DNA of 64,000 nt, from assembly GCA_009103225.1 (NCBI GenBank), contig RHPI01001428.1:432158-496157 (forward strand). The letters are read 5' to 3'. Positions 39,360-51,400 of the stretch are shown in pieces (the stretch's first letter is position 1; the number at the start of each line of letters is the position of its first letter). This DNA is from Chlorokybus atmophyticus (taxonomy: Eukaryota; Plantae; Mesostigma and Chlorokybus algae). A program made the translations under genes and the position numbers. Below the pieces are notes generated by a model. It ran no database searches, was not told the origin of the DNA, and saw nothing but the letters and a program-made list of their open reading frames with translations.

Positions 39360-40172
39360 GATTCCCCACTATCCTTGTTTATATACGCCAGACATATGTC
39401 CTAGCCATTGGTGCTCAACAACATTGCTATAATGATAACACTGAGGGTCTCTTGTGTGCTGCGGCAAGCATTCGTGTGTGCAGCTTCTGCTACTGCACTG
39501 TGCAATATCGATGCGCCATTGCGCTTTTCCTGCTTGGCCTGCCTTGCAAATATTTACGGTTGTATGGTGGCTAATGTTAAATGAATTTGGACACATCGAC
39601 ACTGCAGATTGATGCCATGGAGAGTGGATGACTTGCACCAACCACTGTGCATCCACACACATGCATGCCTCCCGTTGCATGCACCACTGCCGACAGGGAC
39701 CAACATGCAGAAGGCCAAGCACCATCATACAGGTGTACACATGTCACAGACCCAACAACACAGACACTGTAGGCTGCGTGAGCTGTTGCAGTTCATCAGC
39801 CACCAATCTGTCACTTATTGGTTGAAGTGCCTCATGTCGGACCTGGAACTGCACCATGTTCGCAGTTGTAGACTACAACCAACCGATAAGAGATCAACAC
39901 ATGCACTGTCCGGTGCTGCAAGAGTGCCGAACCACCAGCCAAAACACAATTGCATTCCAGCATAACAGACATGGCAGTGCATCACCAAGTTGCATGCTAC
40001 AGCTGCCACACCGCTCCAGTTGGAAGTACTCAAAGATGAGAGGAGTGAGGCCGATCGCAACGTCAGCATGGACACGCAAGACCTACTCCGCCACCTTTCA
40101 TGCATTTCACCAATGGTTTCAGTGCTAGCGCCACAACTTCTTCATACATACATGCCATTGGCGTTCTACACC

Positions 40173-43100
40173 CTAAACGTCTGGCACTTCCAGCAGCTTG
40201 GGCAGGTACCATCGCCTCTTGCTTCCAAGCTGCATGCGCTCGCGCGGGTCCGAAGCCTGCCTCAGCGTCGTCAACAGCTGTGCGGGCTTGCATTTCCTGT
40301 TCAATGTTGTTGTGTTAGTGTCAACAAGGTTCTATACAGTCGCGCGTGTGGCCCCCCACACACCACCCACACACACGTTGGAGTGTACCATTGCATCATG
40401 ACTCTATACTCACCGCGAGTGCAATATGTCGTATAGAGTCTGCAGTATCGGCAGGTAGCTGATTGGCTGCGTGCCCTCGTGGTGTTGGTGGTTGTTATCA
40501 TCATCGGTGTCGTCCTCATCGACGCGCACGCGCTTGTCGCTCAGGACGCTGTGGAAGGCCGCCACCGCCGACACGCCCTGGATAAGACCCTTGCCCTTCA
40601 CCATGTCGCCGTCGTCAAGACTCAACGCACCACTGCCGATCTGAACGCCGTACCTGCAATGGAAAGGTTGGGTGTGGGTGTGGGTTGTAAAGTCAGTCAT
40701 GTGGGTATGTGGGTATGTGGACATACCATCAATTGGTCACCAGTTTTGTGTACATACCAGGCGTTTCGACCTTTCAGCAGCGTCACGTATATGTCCGCCA
40801 TTAACGGCCCCGCCACCACTTCAGGCTCTTTCATCACATGATGAGACTAACTGTTAGCACACAACGCAATGTACGTGTACACTGTACCACACATGTGTGT
40901 GTGTTGCTGTGCCCACCTGGTGAGAGTAGGTGCGTGATGAAGACCATCTCCGACGTGCAATGCGAGAAGTACACGGACTTGCTCGTCGCGCTGTCGTTGG
41001 TGACGGCGGCTACTATGCCCGCACCGATCGCGTACACGTTCTTCAAACCTCCCATCATCTGCATGCAACACGCTGATGAGCAAGTAGAAATTCGTTGTGT
41101 TTGCACAATCAAGACCATCAACCTAATCCTCAAGCGTGGAAGACAGTGCTGCAGTCTGTGTGTGCCTGCGTGCGTGCGTGCGCGCATCAAGCATGTGTGC
41201 ATGAGTGTGTGTACGCGCGTCCGTGTGCTTTACCAACTCCATGATCGCAGTTACAAGGCACGAGAAATAGTGCTCACCTCATGGGTGACCAGGTCTTTGT
41301 TGTCCCACACCATGAAGTTGGGGTCTTTTAGAAAGGCCGCGAGGGTGGACCTCCACTTGTCCGCCCCGCAGATCCTCGCGTTCGCGTACTCACGCGCGTA
41401 CACCTCGCTGGCTATGTTGGGCCCGCCCAAGTACAACAAATTCTCCTGCGTACGATCAACACGCAGGCACAGGCTTGAAGTCAGGCCCATGTGCGCAAGT
41501 GACATAACACAGTCAGGCGCACACAGGCACATTTGCGCATACAGAGACATGCGCGTGCGCGTGCGCGCGTGCGCACGTGTAGGTGTGCATGTGCACGTGT
41601 GCGTGCCTGCGCGCGCACGCATACTGCAAGATGACCCACCCACCCACCCACCCACACGCACGCACACGCACACACACGCACACGCACACGCACACGCACA
41701 CCATCACCCCCCTCACCCCCCCCTCCCCACCTCCGGCACCCCCGTCTCTTTCCCAATAATCGTCGTCGGCGTGATGATATGCGGGTGCGGTTCCAGCGCT
41801 GCCTCGACCCCCTTCGACAGCGACACGATCACGGCGGGCGGCTTCGACCGCTCGCGCCAGATCTGGCCGATCTCGGAGAAGACGGCGCGGGTGGCGGGGG
41901 AGGGGAGGGAGTTGATCAGGAGGTCGGCGTCCCAACAGGCGGCGGGGAGGGAGGTGACCACCTGCCGGGGGGGGGGGAGTACGTTGGACTACTACAACTA
42001 TCTCAAATTGGCCATGCGCACGTGCGTGCGTGCGTGCGTGTGCGTGCACGGGCGAGTGCTTAGCCGCGGATGTTTAAGTGTATGTACACGCACACATGCA
42101 CACGCACACACACACGCACACGCACACACGCACACATGCACGCACACACGCACACATGCACGCACGCGCACACACGCACACACGCACACATGCACAAACT
42201 TGTGCGCGCACGCATGTGGGTGTGGGTGCATGAACGACACGCAAGCACGCGCACGCATATGTACGCGTGCATGCGCGTGCGTGTGCTTGCGCACACATGC
42301 GCGTGCATACCTTCAGCGGTGTCATGGGTGTCTCCAGCATGTTCTGGCAGAACCCGTCGCGGAGGACTTCTTCCGGGAACAGCTGTCGGTCACCCAGCCG
42401 CGCATCCACGTACCTGCATATGTGTATGAAACACCACATATGAGTCACGGTGAGGGTCCGTCTTGAACAAGTATAGACAAACATGTAACAATGCAGCACT
42501 CACTTGAAATATGCGAGGCTTTGTTGCAGGCGCCGCATGACGTCTTCCCTGCTGTTGATGATCTGCGTGTGAAAACAAAGTGCGTGTGCGCGTGTGCACA
42601 CACACTTCAACACAGATGCATACAGCATACGCAATAGACTCGGACGGAAAGTGCCTTCTAAGCTATGTGATGCGAGTGAGGCACAACAACAATGACAACA
42701 ACAACAACTGTGATGAAGGGACGCACATAGCACGTGCCTGGAAGAGTTTCTCTGCAGTGCTCTTGTCGAGAGCTTTGCCTGGCCTTCGCCATATGCGAAC
42801 GTCGATCTTGTCACGGAGATGCCCATACCTGCGCGAGTACAAGGTTGGGCAACTGTCACAACAAGAACTCACTGCACACGCATGCCTTGCGCACGTGGTG
42901 GCGCGCGCACGTACGCATATACGCGCACGCGCGCACATGCATGCGCATGCACAACAGCACCTGACACATATCCTACACGCACACATGCGCCCATGCAGAC
43001 GACCAACTCTCGCGTATGCCCACATGCAGCACCTTTCCTGCAACAACGCGATGAACACGCTTCCCCACGCTCCCGCGCCGATCCCAGTCACCACCAACGG

Positions 43101-43372
43101 CCTCCCTTCCTTGATCTACACAACACACGCGCACACACACGCACACATACGCATTCACATTTGTGCACTCGCATCAAGCGTTGTCACGAGGAAGTTGATC
43201 ACACCTGCAGTCGGCGTCGCAGCTCGTCGAGGCGGGCTTCGGCGCTCGTCCGACTGATGCTGTCCGAACGCTGAAACATTCTGATATCATCATCATTGAG
43301 ACCAGACCCTGCAGGGGACTCTACTGTCTCTGTGGAGTCCCCGTCGATGACAGCGCCGCCGCTTCTCTCCAT
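40173..43372 (-). CDS. GPDH: NAD-dependent glycerol-3-phosphate dehydrogenase, plant cytosolic (GPDHC1-like) type
   Basis: [10 protein letters not shown], Rossmann [71 protein letters not shown] and C-terminal DPRERMQ...[12 protein letters not shown]. No transit peptide is evident. Confidence 0.93.
41540..42310. repeat. intronic alternating purine-pyrimidine microsatellites (CA/CACG/TGCG) within GPDH
   Basis: Long imperfect (CACACG)n and (GTGC)n tracts at about 41540-41700 and 42015-42310. Confidence 0.9.
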
Positions 43373-45140
43373 GGCAACCGGTCCGTGCAGGAGTGATTCA
43401 GCTTTGATTGCTTGCTACTTGGTGGCCTTTGGTAGCCTCAGTCGTTTAAGAGAGGAGTCCTGATTAGAGTAGTTGAAGCACGGACAAATAAAGAAGCAGA
43501 TTTTACAAAGTGAACGCGACACGACATCCACTTTGCGAGTCAGATTGATTGGGTGAGGGTTTGACTGCTGCATGCATGCAGATTGTGTGCGGGCAGCAGG
43601 TCACTATGTGGACTTGTTATTCCACACATGAGCTGTCGGTTGTGGCTTTCTGTCTGCTAGTTCAGACAAGTGCAATATACATCAGCAGTCATGGTCAATT
43701 GCTGCGTGCGTACAGGACTTGTCTGCATGCATACTTGCACGTGCACACGCATGATAAATTGATTCAATGGCGGCGCGTGTGTGCGAAGCAAATCGCATGC
43801 ACGAGAGTAGCAGGAGGACGTGCACGCCATGTGTGCACCTGCCTTCAATGCTTCAGCCAACTTCAACAAGCCGATGTCAGCCAAACACTCACGCACGCAC
43901 CGCCGTCGGTGTCGTTTAACGTCGGCGAGTGTGTACAAGAACGCCGCCGCCGACAACAACCAACACCGCCGCGGTCCGACAAGGACTGAGATGGATGGTG
44001 ATTGAAGAGAAAGGGAAAAAAGCCTGGCGACCAGATTGGAGAGAGTAAGTCCACACCAACGAAGACTGCACAATAATGGAGAAACAAATGATAAAGCAGA
44101 GTGCTGCGCGCGCCGGTCAGAGTCGTGTCGCGGACCTGTGTAACGCAACATACAACGCCAGTCGTATACAGCCGTGCTCGATGGTCCGTACACCGGTTCC
44201 TACAGTGTGTTAACCGGTAGTTCTCGGCCGCGACGCAGCAGCACACAGCTCACTGCTGAGTTGTTTTTGCATCCATTTTTGCACTTTGGCGCCTGCAGAG
44301 TCGCATTGCTTGGCTGACTAACTGGTTGGCGGGCTCGCCGGCGGCGGCGGCGGCGGCGAGGGGTGGTGGCGCATGCGCGTCGTCGTCGTCGTCGTCTTTT
44401 GGGCAAGTGCATATGCAATGCACCAACTCGCCCGAGGGCAGTGTCGTGCGAGCTCGGTGGTTACTGTGTGCTGCCGTTGAGCAGCAGACCGTTACTGCTT
44501 GGTTGTGAGAGCTTTCAAAGCCTTGCTGCTGTTCTTTCGTTCATGGCAACTTTTGACATGAAGAGGTTGTTGTTTGAAAGGCATGTTTGGGGATGGCTGA
44601 GTCGAGTGTCAGCACGAGAATGCACATGTGCAAGCTTGCGCATTCTCGATGGTCGCCTAGGTTTAGATTTTTTTTCGGTGTGGTTGTCCTTTGCACCACA
44701 TGCCGATAGTAACAGACATAGGCACACACACACACACACACACACGATCACATGCACATGCACATGCACACGCACACACAAGAGTGCTTCCGCACGAACA
44801 ACAACAGTACTTACGGCAGCAGTTGTAACTGCAGGCGTGAGTGCAGAACAATGTGCGTGTGTGCCAAGGCGTGTACGCATTCCACTCCGTCATGCATGCA
44901 GCAATGACAGTTAGCTACTGGGTGTACTTGTCAGCTCTGTTGTAGAGCTCGTTGTTGGATTGAGCTTTGCATGTTGTGTGCTCTTATACCATGTACCGCA
45001 TGTCTGCAGTGCATTGCCACTTATGAGGAGACCGCTCGTCGCATGAAGACATGTCGTCAGCGTGAATAAATAGATCGGCCGAAAGTGCCACTTACCCAAC
45101 CCTTACCCAACAACCCAACACCAACAACCACCCACCCAAC

Positions 45141-46883
45141 ATGGCTGCCGCTTTGGCTCACTCCTCCTTCCGCGGCATGTCCTTACTCCTCGGCACGCGG
45201 TCCCCCTTACGTGTCGCCGTCGCTTCCCATCGCTGCGTGGCACAAACCAACACAACAAACACGATGCAATCGAAAACACATGCGGGGTCAATTAGAACGC
45301 GCTCCGCTTCCGCGGCTGTTGTGAGGGGCGTCCCGTCCTCGTTCGCGCACTGCCTGAAGTTCGACGACTCCGCCGTTATTGATTACGAAAACGCCGTCAA
45401 ACAGCACGCGGCATACGTCAAGTGCCTGCAACGTGCGTGTTGTTCGTGTTGCTGCGGGTGTTTGTAAGTGTGTGTTTAGGTGTGTTGCGCATGTGTACGT
45501 CCATGGGCACACGCGAGTACACATGCGCGCGTACACGTGCACGCACACATGTTGTCTCATAAGCGTACCTTGAACACATGCGTGTACTTGTATGTGTATA
45601 TGACTGTGTATGTGTATGTGTACGTGTATTCTCATGCGTGTGTGTTGTCTCAACAAGCGTGCTTTTGCAGAAAAGGTCCCGAAGATCATCGAGCTTCCCG
45701 CAGACGATCGCTTCCCCGACTGCAGTTTCGTGGAGGACACGGCGGTGGTTATCGGGGACAGGGCAATGATCGCGCGGCCGGTGTGTGTCGTGTGTGATGT
45801 CGTTGGGTATGTTGTTTTGAGGAGTGCTGTTGGGTCTCAGCAGTGCAATCAACCAATAGGGTGCTCGGGAGCGGCAAGGCGAGGAGGCGGACGTGAAAGA
45901 GGCGCTAAAGCACTGCGGGTTGAGGATATACGAGGCGAAGCCGCCAGCTTGCATTGATGGAGGGGACGTGCTGGTCACTGATGAACACATCTTTGTTGGC
46001 AGGAGCAGGTACAGTGTGTGCATATGCATGGGTGAGCGCTTGTCCACGCATGTGTGTCGTGGGTATGTGTCCGTGTGCATGTGGGAGTGAGCGCATGCAT
46101 ATGCAACTTGCGTGCACCTGTGGTTGTGCGTGCATGCTTGCCGTTAAATGGATACCACTTGTAAGCAGTAGACAAGTGGCTTTGATGCTCAGTAACCAGC
46201 CCTTCTTGTTCAACACTTCTTTCTAGACCACAAGCAAATAACCTTACTGGTTGCAGACGAACAAATCACGAGGGCATCGCTGCGTTGCAGGCCGCTTTCC
46301 CTGACATCCCAGTCTTCACCATACCCGTATTGACAGGACTCCACCTCAAATCAGGCATGAAGTAGTTGTTACTCATTCATGCAATCACTCACTTGCATTT
46401 GGTCAGTCCTTCGATCCTATACTCATTTACTCACCCGCTCACTCACTTTGTCACTCAATCAGTAAGGTAGTAACTCAAGCGCCGATGCATACGTTTTTCA
46501 TTCAACACTCCAGCACCTGTACGCTCTCGCGCACGCATCCGTACATCACAATGGCAACCGCGTTAATGTTGTATCCGGCAGTCATGACGTGGGTGGAAGG
46601 CAACACGCTCCTCGTGGAGGACTCCCCTGGCGCACTCGAGATGTTTGAGGCTTTGCGTCAGATGGCTTTATCCGGTGGGCGGGAGTACGAGAGCGTGCTT
46701 GTGCCGGACGCGGGCGGGGCCAACGCGCTGGTTGTCGACGACACGGTGTTCTACCCCGCCGCGTACTCGCCCGACACAGCCGCCGTTTATCAATCTCTTA
46801 AGGGCAAGCGCGCTGTTGCAGTGGATATATCGGAGTTCCATAAAGGGGATGGCGGGCTCACGTGCTTGTCGGTACTCGTGTGA
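45141..46883 (+). CDS. DDAH: N(G),N(G)-dimethylarginine dimethylaminohydrolase (amidinotransferase superfamily) with an N-terminal transit-peptide-like extension
   Basis: AVVRGVPSSF, QHAAYVKCL, LPADDRFPDCSFVEDTAVV, IDGGDVL, VGRSRRTNHEG, LHLKS and terminal SEFHKGDGGLTCLSVLV with the catalytic Cys. The ~55-aa leader is Ala/Ser/Thr/Arg-rich and has no acidic residues. Confidence 0.9.
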
Positions 46884-47499
46884 TGGTAGGTAGTGGGTGT
46901 TGATAATACTGCTGACTTTGTGCAGTGCTTTTTTGTGTGATGACGGGCTATATGTTGAAATACAGAAATCACTTCCGTAGTATGCATGTGCAGCTAATGC
47001 TCACAATTTGATTGTCTGCATGGGTTTCGACACTAAGTCACTTTTGACCTGTTTCGACAACATGCGGTTTCGCGCATGAATATTGATGTTAACAAGTAGT
47101 ATTTCTTGCACTACGACCTTGGCTCGAGCAATTGAACTTTTCCTCTGTCTATGTTACCAACTGACCATGGTAAGGACAGATAGCAGCTTGCTCAGCTGCT
47201 TCGTGTCAACAGTCTCAATGTCGTAACAACTTCACAGAATGTGGGAGGGTTTGCATTAGTAGCAGTGTTTGCTTTAGTATTAGTCGTACACTCACCCGCT
47301 ATCATTACCACAGCATGCCAAAGTCCGCTAACAACCTGACCGTGCCTAACACACACAGCACCCCAGCAAACACGCGTGCAATGTCATCTGCACTGCGCCA
47401 CCAACACAAGTACAAGTCAGCTAGACACCGACGCCGCAACCATGGTGACATCCGCCTCCGACGCCAGCGCCGCCCCGTCTGCAGCGGGCAAGTCATGTA

Positions 47500-47760
47500 C
47501 AGACCTGCACAAGGCACATAGGCTTTCCAGTGATACGGATGCAAGGTGGCAACCACGCAACACACGCCCAAGCGCAAGCACACACACACTCACAGCAGCA
47601 ATGGGTAAACAAGGACAATTATGAAGACAAGGGCAAGGGCATGGGCATGCATGGCTATGTGCTGGCGCTAGCTACGTGCTTGTGCGTGGGTGAAGGCGGG
47701 GTGTGCAGTCAAGTAGCAGGCAGCTAGCAAGCAGACCTGAGCAACAAGGGCGTTGCACAC
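47500..47760. repeat. diverged dispersed repeat, copy 2 (similar to 19560-19830)
   Basis: Same colinear blocks as copy 1. Upstream, 47305-47335 also resembles 18990-19020. Confidence 0.7.
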
Positions 47761-48463
47761 GCGTGAGTTGGAAACAAAAAGGCAGCAAGACCAGACCCAT
47801 GTGCAGTTCCCAGCTAGCGAGGGGAAACTGTCGCGCTATAGCTGAGCTGGTTGCAATTTCAATCGCTACAAGCAGAGGATAGCAACTTGAGTTGCCTCTT
47901 TGGTTGCTGCCTGTTGCCTAACTGTTGTGTTAGCGCTTAGCTATATGTGGCGTTGACAAAGGAGTTGACAACTCGGCACAGCAGCACAGCAAGGGTTGTG
48001 CACTGTTCAGCCAATGCTCCCAAGTTATCCAAAGCGTCGTATATGACAGGACACCAGTTCTTTCTGGTGCGTTGCCACAGATCCACATAAAAGATCGCCA
48101 GTAGCGGTCCACGCCCATGCGAGGCATTCACAAGGGCAGACCTCTCAGAAAGGGCACCATGCAAGGCACGGTTTGAATGCGTGTACAGGCAAATGCACCA
48201 TTTGTTGGTTAACAGATAGAGTAAGAAAGTTCTACCAATGTAACAACAGTACACGGCATCCTCATAGCTAGCACTAACCTACAGCAACTACCCGTAGCCA
48301 GCAACAGATGCGCCTCGACATTCGCTGTCAAGGGCACCTTGTCGAGCGGGTAGCGCCTTTACAATGCAGAATTGTGCGCTTGATTAGGTGCGCATTTTAT
48401 GTATAGCACACGTAGATAACCCCGTATACAATCAATGAAGGTGAAATGACACTCCCAATCAGT

Positions 48464-51400
48464 TTACGTGACATCCTTGCGAGCACGAGCGAGAGCAGCG
48501 AAGGCGCCGTTCGGCCTTGAAATGAGTTCCTCGTGCGTGCCCTCCTCAATGATGACGCCGCGCTGTACAACGGCTATGCGGTTGCAGTGTCTGATTGTTG
48601 ACAAGCGATGCGCCACAACCACTGTAGTGCGCCCAACCATGAGACGGTCAAGAGCCTGCCATTGAAATGAGCGTCATTACCAACGACGGAGGTGTATACT
48701 ACTGTGGAAAACAGTGATATAGTAAGCGTATTTCTCAGTGCCTCACCTCCTGAACAATGGCCTCTGACTCTGTGTCCAATGCTGAAGTTGCTTCGTCCAA
48801 GAGTAATATGCGAGGGTCTTTGATGACAGCACGTGCTATGGCAATTCTGATTTACCACAGAGTCAGCCCCTGTTTACACGGCAGTTCAACCAGGAGGCTA
48901 CTGCAGTGTTATTACCTTTGTTTCTGGCCACCGGACATCTGAACACCCCTCTCACCGACCTGGCAACAACAACCACGTTGAGAAGGAAAGCAGTAAACTA
49001 CCATACAGAACTGTTTCAGACAAGTGAGGGGCTTACATGGGTGTCATAGCCGTTGGGCAGGCGCGAGATGAAGTCATGCGCATTCGCAGCCCTTGAAGCT
49101 GCCTCCACCTCGTGCTGAGTGGCGTCCTCCCTTCCATACAAGATGTTTTGCCGAATGGTTGTAGCAAACAACACGGGCTCCTGAACGAAAACAAAAGAGT
49201 TGTGAGAGCGGATGCGGGAAGGAAGTGACAGAGGCATGAGAAGCTTACGGATCTGCCTTGTAATCTGACCTGAGAGACAAGCCCAATGTTCATGCGCAGC
49301 CAACGCAGGTTGAAGGTCTTTATGTTCACACCATCAAGGAGGACTTCACCATCAACGGGGTCGTAGAAGCGCTCCACCAGGCTAACGACGGTAGACTTAC
49401 CTGACCCGGATTCTCCGACCAGAGCGATCGACTCGCCGGCCTTAACCGACAGCGATAGGTTGCGGAAGACAATCGCGTTGGGCCGGGATGGGTAGACAAA
49501 GGTGACGTTCTTGAGGTCGATGTTGCCTTGGATGTGGGGTAATTTGACTCCGTTGGGGTCATCCATGTCCATGGCGGGCTGACGATCAACAATGTCAAAC
49601 GTGCTCTCCATAGCAGCTTGACCCTGAGAAAACGCAAAACGAGTACGGTAAGCATCTGCTCGTAATCAGTCCTGGTTGCTTCTTTCCTATTGCCATCCAC
49701 ACTACCAAGGTCGTTAATCACTGCTGTTACCAGTACCATGAAAAATGTTCATCTACTAGTATTGATATCAACTACGTCACGCTAATAGCAGTAGTAGCAT
49801 CATTGATGTTATGGACAACAATACGGTACCTTGGCGACATCTGGTGCAAGCTGGGAGGCCTCTCCGACGCCGAGGGCGCTGAAGATGATGGCGAAGAACG
49901 TGCGCAGCACCTCATCAAATGTCATGTGGCACTGCTTGGCCATAATGCCTCCAAACCAGAACGCAAGCGAATACGCAGAGTACATCATGAACTGGCTGTA
50001 GCCAAAACCGATGCCAGAGACGTGAGATCTGCGTCTGCCGAGCTGCACAAGTTTGGTTGACATTAGCAAAAGCCAAATGGACACCATGCACACAACACAT
50101 GCACACTTGCACTACGTATAGAGTTTACCTGGGTGGGCTTCTTCAGCTGCTCCGAGTACAACTCCAGCATCTTATCCTCTGCACCGAATGCTGCCACAGT
50201 ACGGATGTTGCCCACAGCTTCGCTTGCAACCTGCACAGATTGTTTGTCAACCCGCGTACGCTCATGCATAAGCGTCATTGCATGCTGATTGGAACACGCA
50301 CCCCGTTGGCCTTCTCCTGTAGTTTCTGCGCTTCACCAGTGAAGCCCTTGAAGAACTCCATCTGCAGGTAGCCTCCAATGGCAATGAGGGGGAAGATCGC
50401 GAGCACCACCAGGGCAAGCCGCCAGCCCGTTATAAAGGCGATGATGATACCGGCAATCAATGTTGTGACGTTCTGCACGAACAAACCCAGCCTGTCGCCA
50501 AGCACCGCCTTGACCAGGGCAGCGTCGGACTCCAACCGTCCCGTGATACCTCCACTGGAGTTGCTGCAAGATTATACAAACACACAGATGCATGAACATT
50601 GCCTCCCAGTCATGCACTTTCACATGAGCTGCCAACATTACAAACCAGTTGGCTTACTTGTCACTATCAAACCAGGCGACTTCCTGGCGCAGAACAGCTT
50701 TGAAGGCTAACTCTCGGATTCGGCGCGTCAAGTAGCTGCCGCTGGTGATGAAGCCCCACAATTGCCAGAAGTTGGCGTTGAACGACGCCACCGCAATCAC
50801 AACAAACATGAGCGACCAGAAGCGCGCATCGTCCGCCAGCTGATTGGGAGGTTCATAGAAAACTGTGATGATCTGGGCAAAAACAATTGCAAACGCCGGG
50901 TATATGCAGCCGTTCAGACCGGCCGCAGCAGCACCCAGAGCGGTGCGCCACCACTCTGGCTCACTCATCTTCACTACTCTCCAGGCTGAGACAGGAGCGT
51001 ACTTCTTCTTCTTCTTCTCCTCCTCTACCCCGTCAGCTTTCTGTCATAATGGTGGATCAGTCTTCCACAACACACAAGAAGATACAGTATCTCAGTGATT
51101 GTCCATGTGCAAACCTGCTTTTTGAAGCGAGCGAAGAAGCCCTTCTTCTGTGGTACTGTTGCACCTGTTTACATCAACTGATCAGTGTTTGTCATGGAGG
51201 TTGGTAAACACCATGCATCACGTAATGGTGCATATGCAAAGACTGCGGTCTAATGGTGCTCACCCATACCCTTAACAGGATCTTCAAGTTCTGGTTCCAC
51301 GGCTTGCGCAGAGTTGCGCCGCACAATGCCGGTACTGTGCAACTGTTGGGAACCAGATTCAGACACACGTTTTATCAGCCCGCGCGAGTCCAGTTCAGCC

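Noticed and set aside
40838-43274. Long His/Thr/Ala- or Cys/Val-rich ORFs (e.g. 542 aa at 40838-42466)
   Set aside because: They are read-through of CA/GT microsatellite introns antisense to or within GPDH.
43657-44193. LADIGLLKLAEALKAG as an LRR fragment
   Set aside because: Single isolated match in what looks like the 5' UTR/intron region of GPDH, with no repeats.
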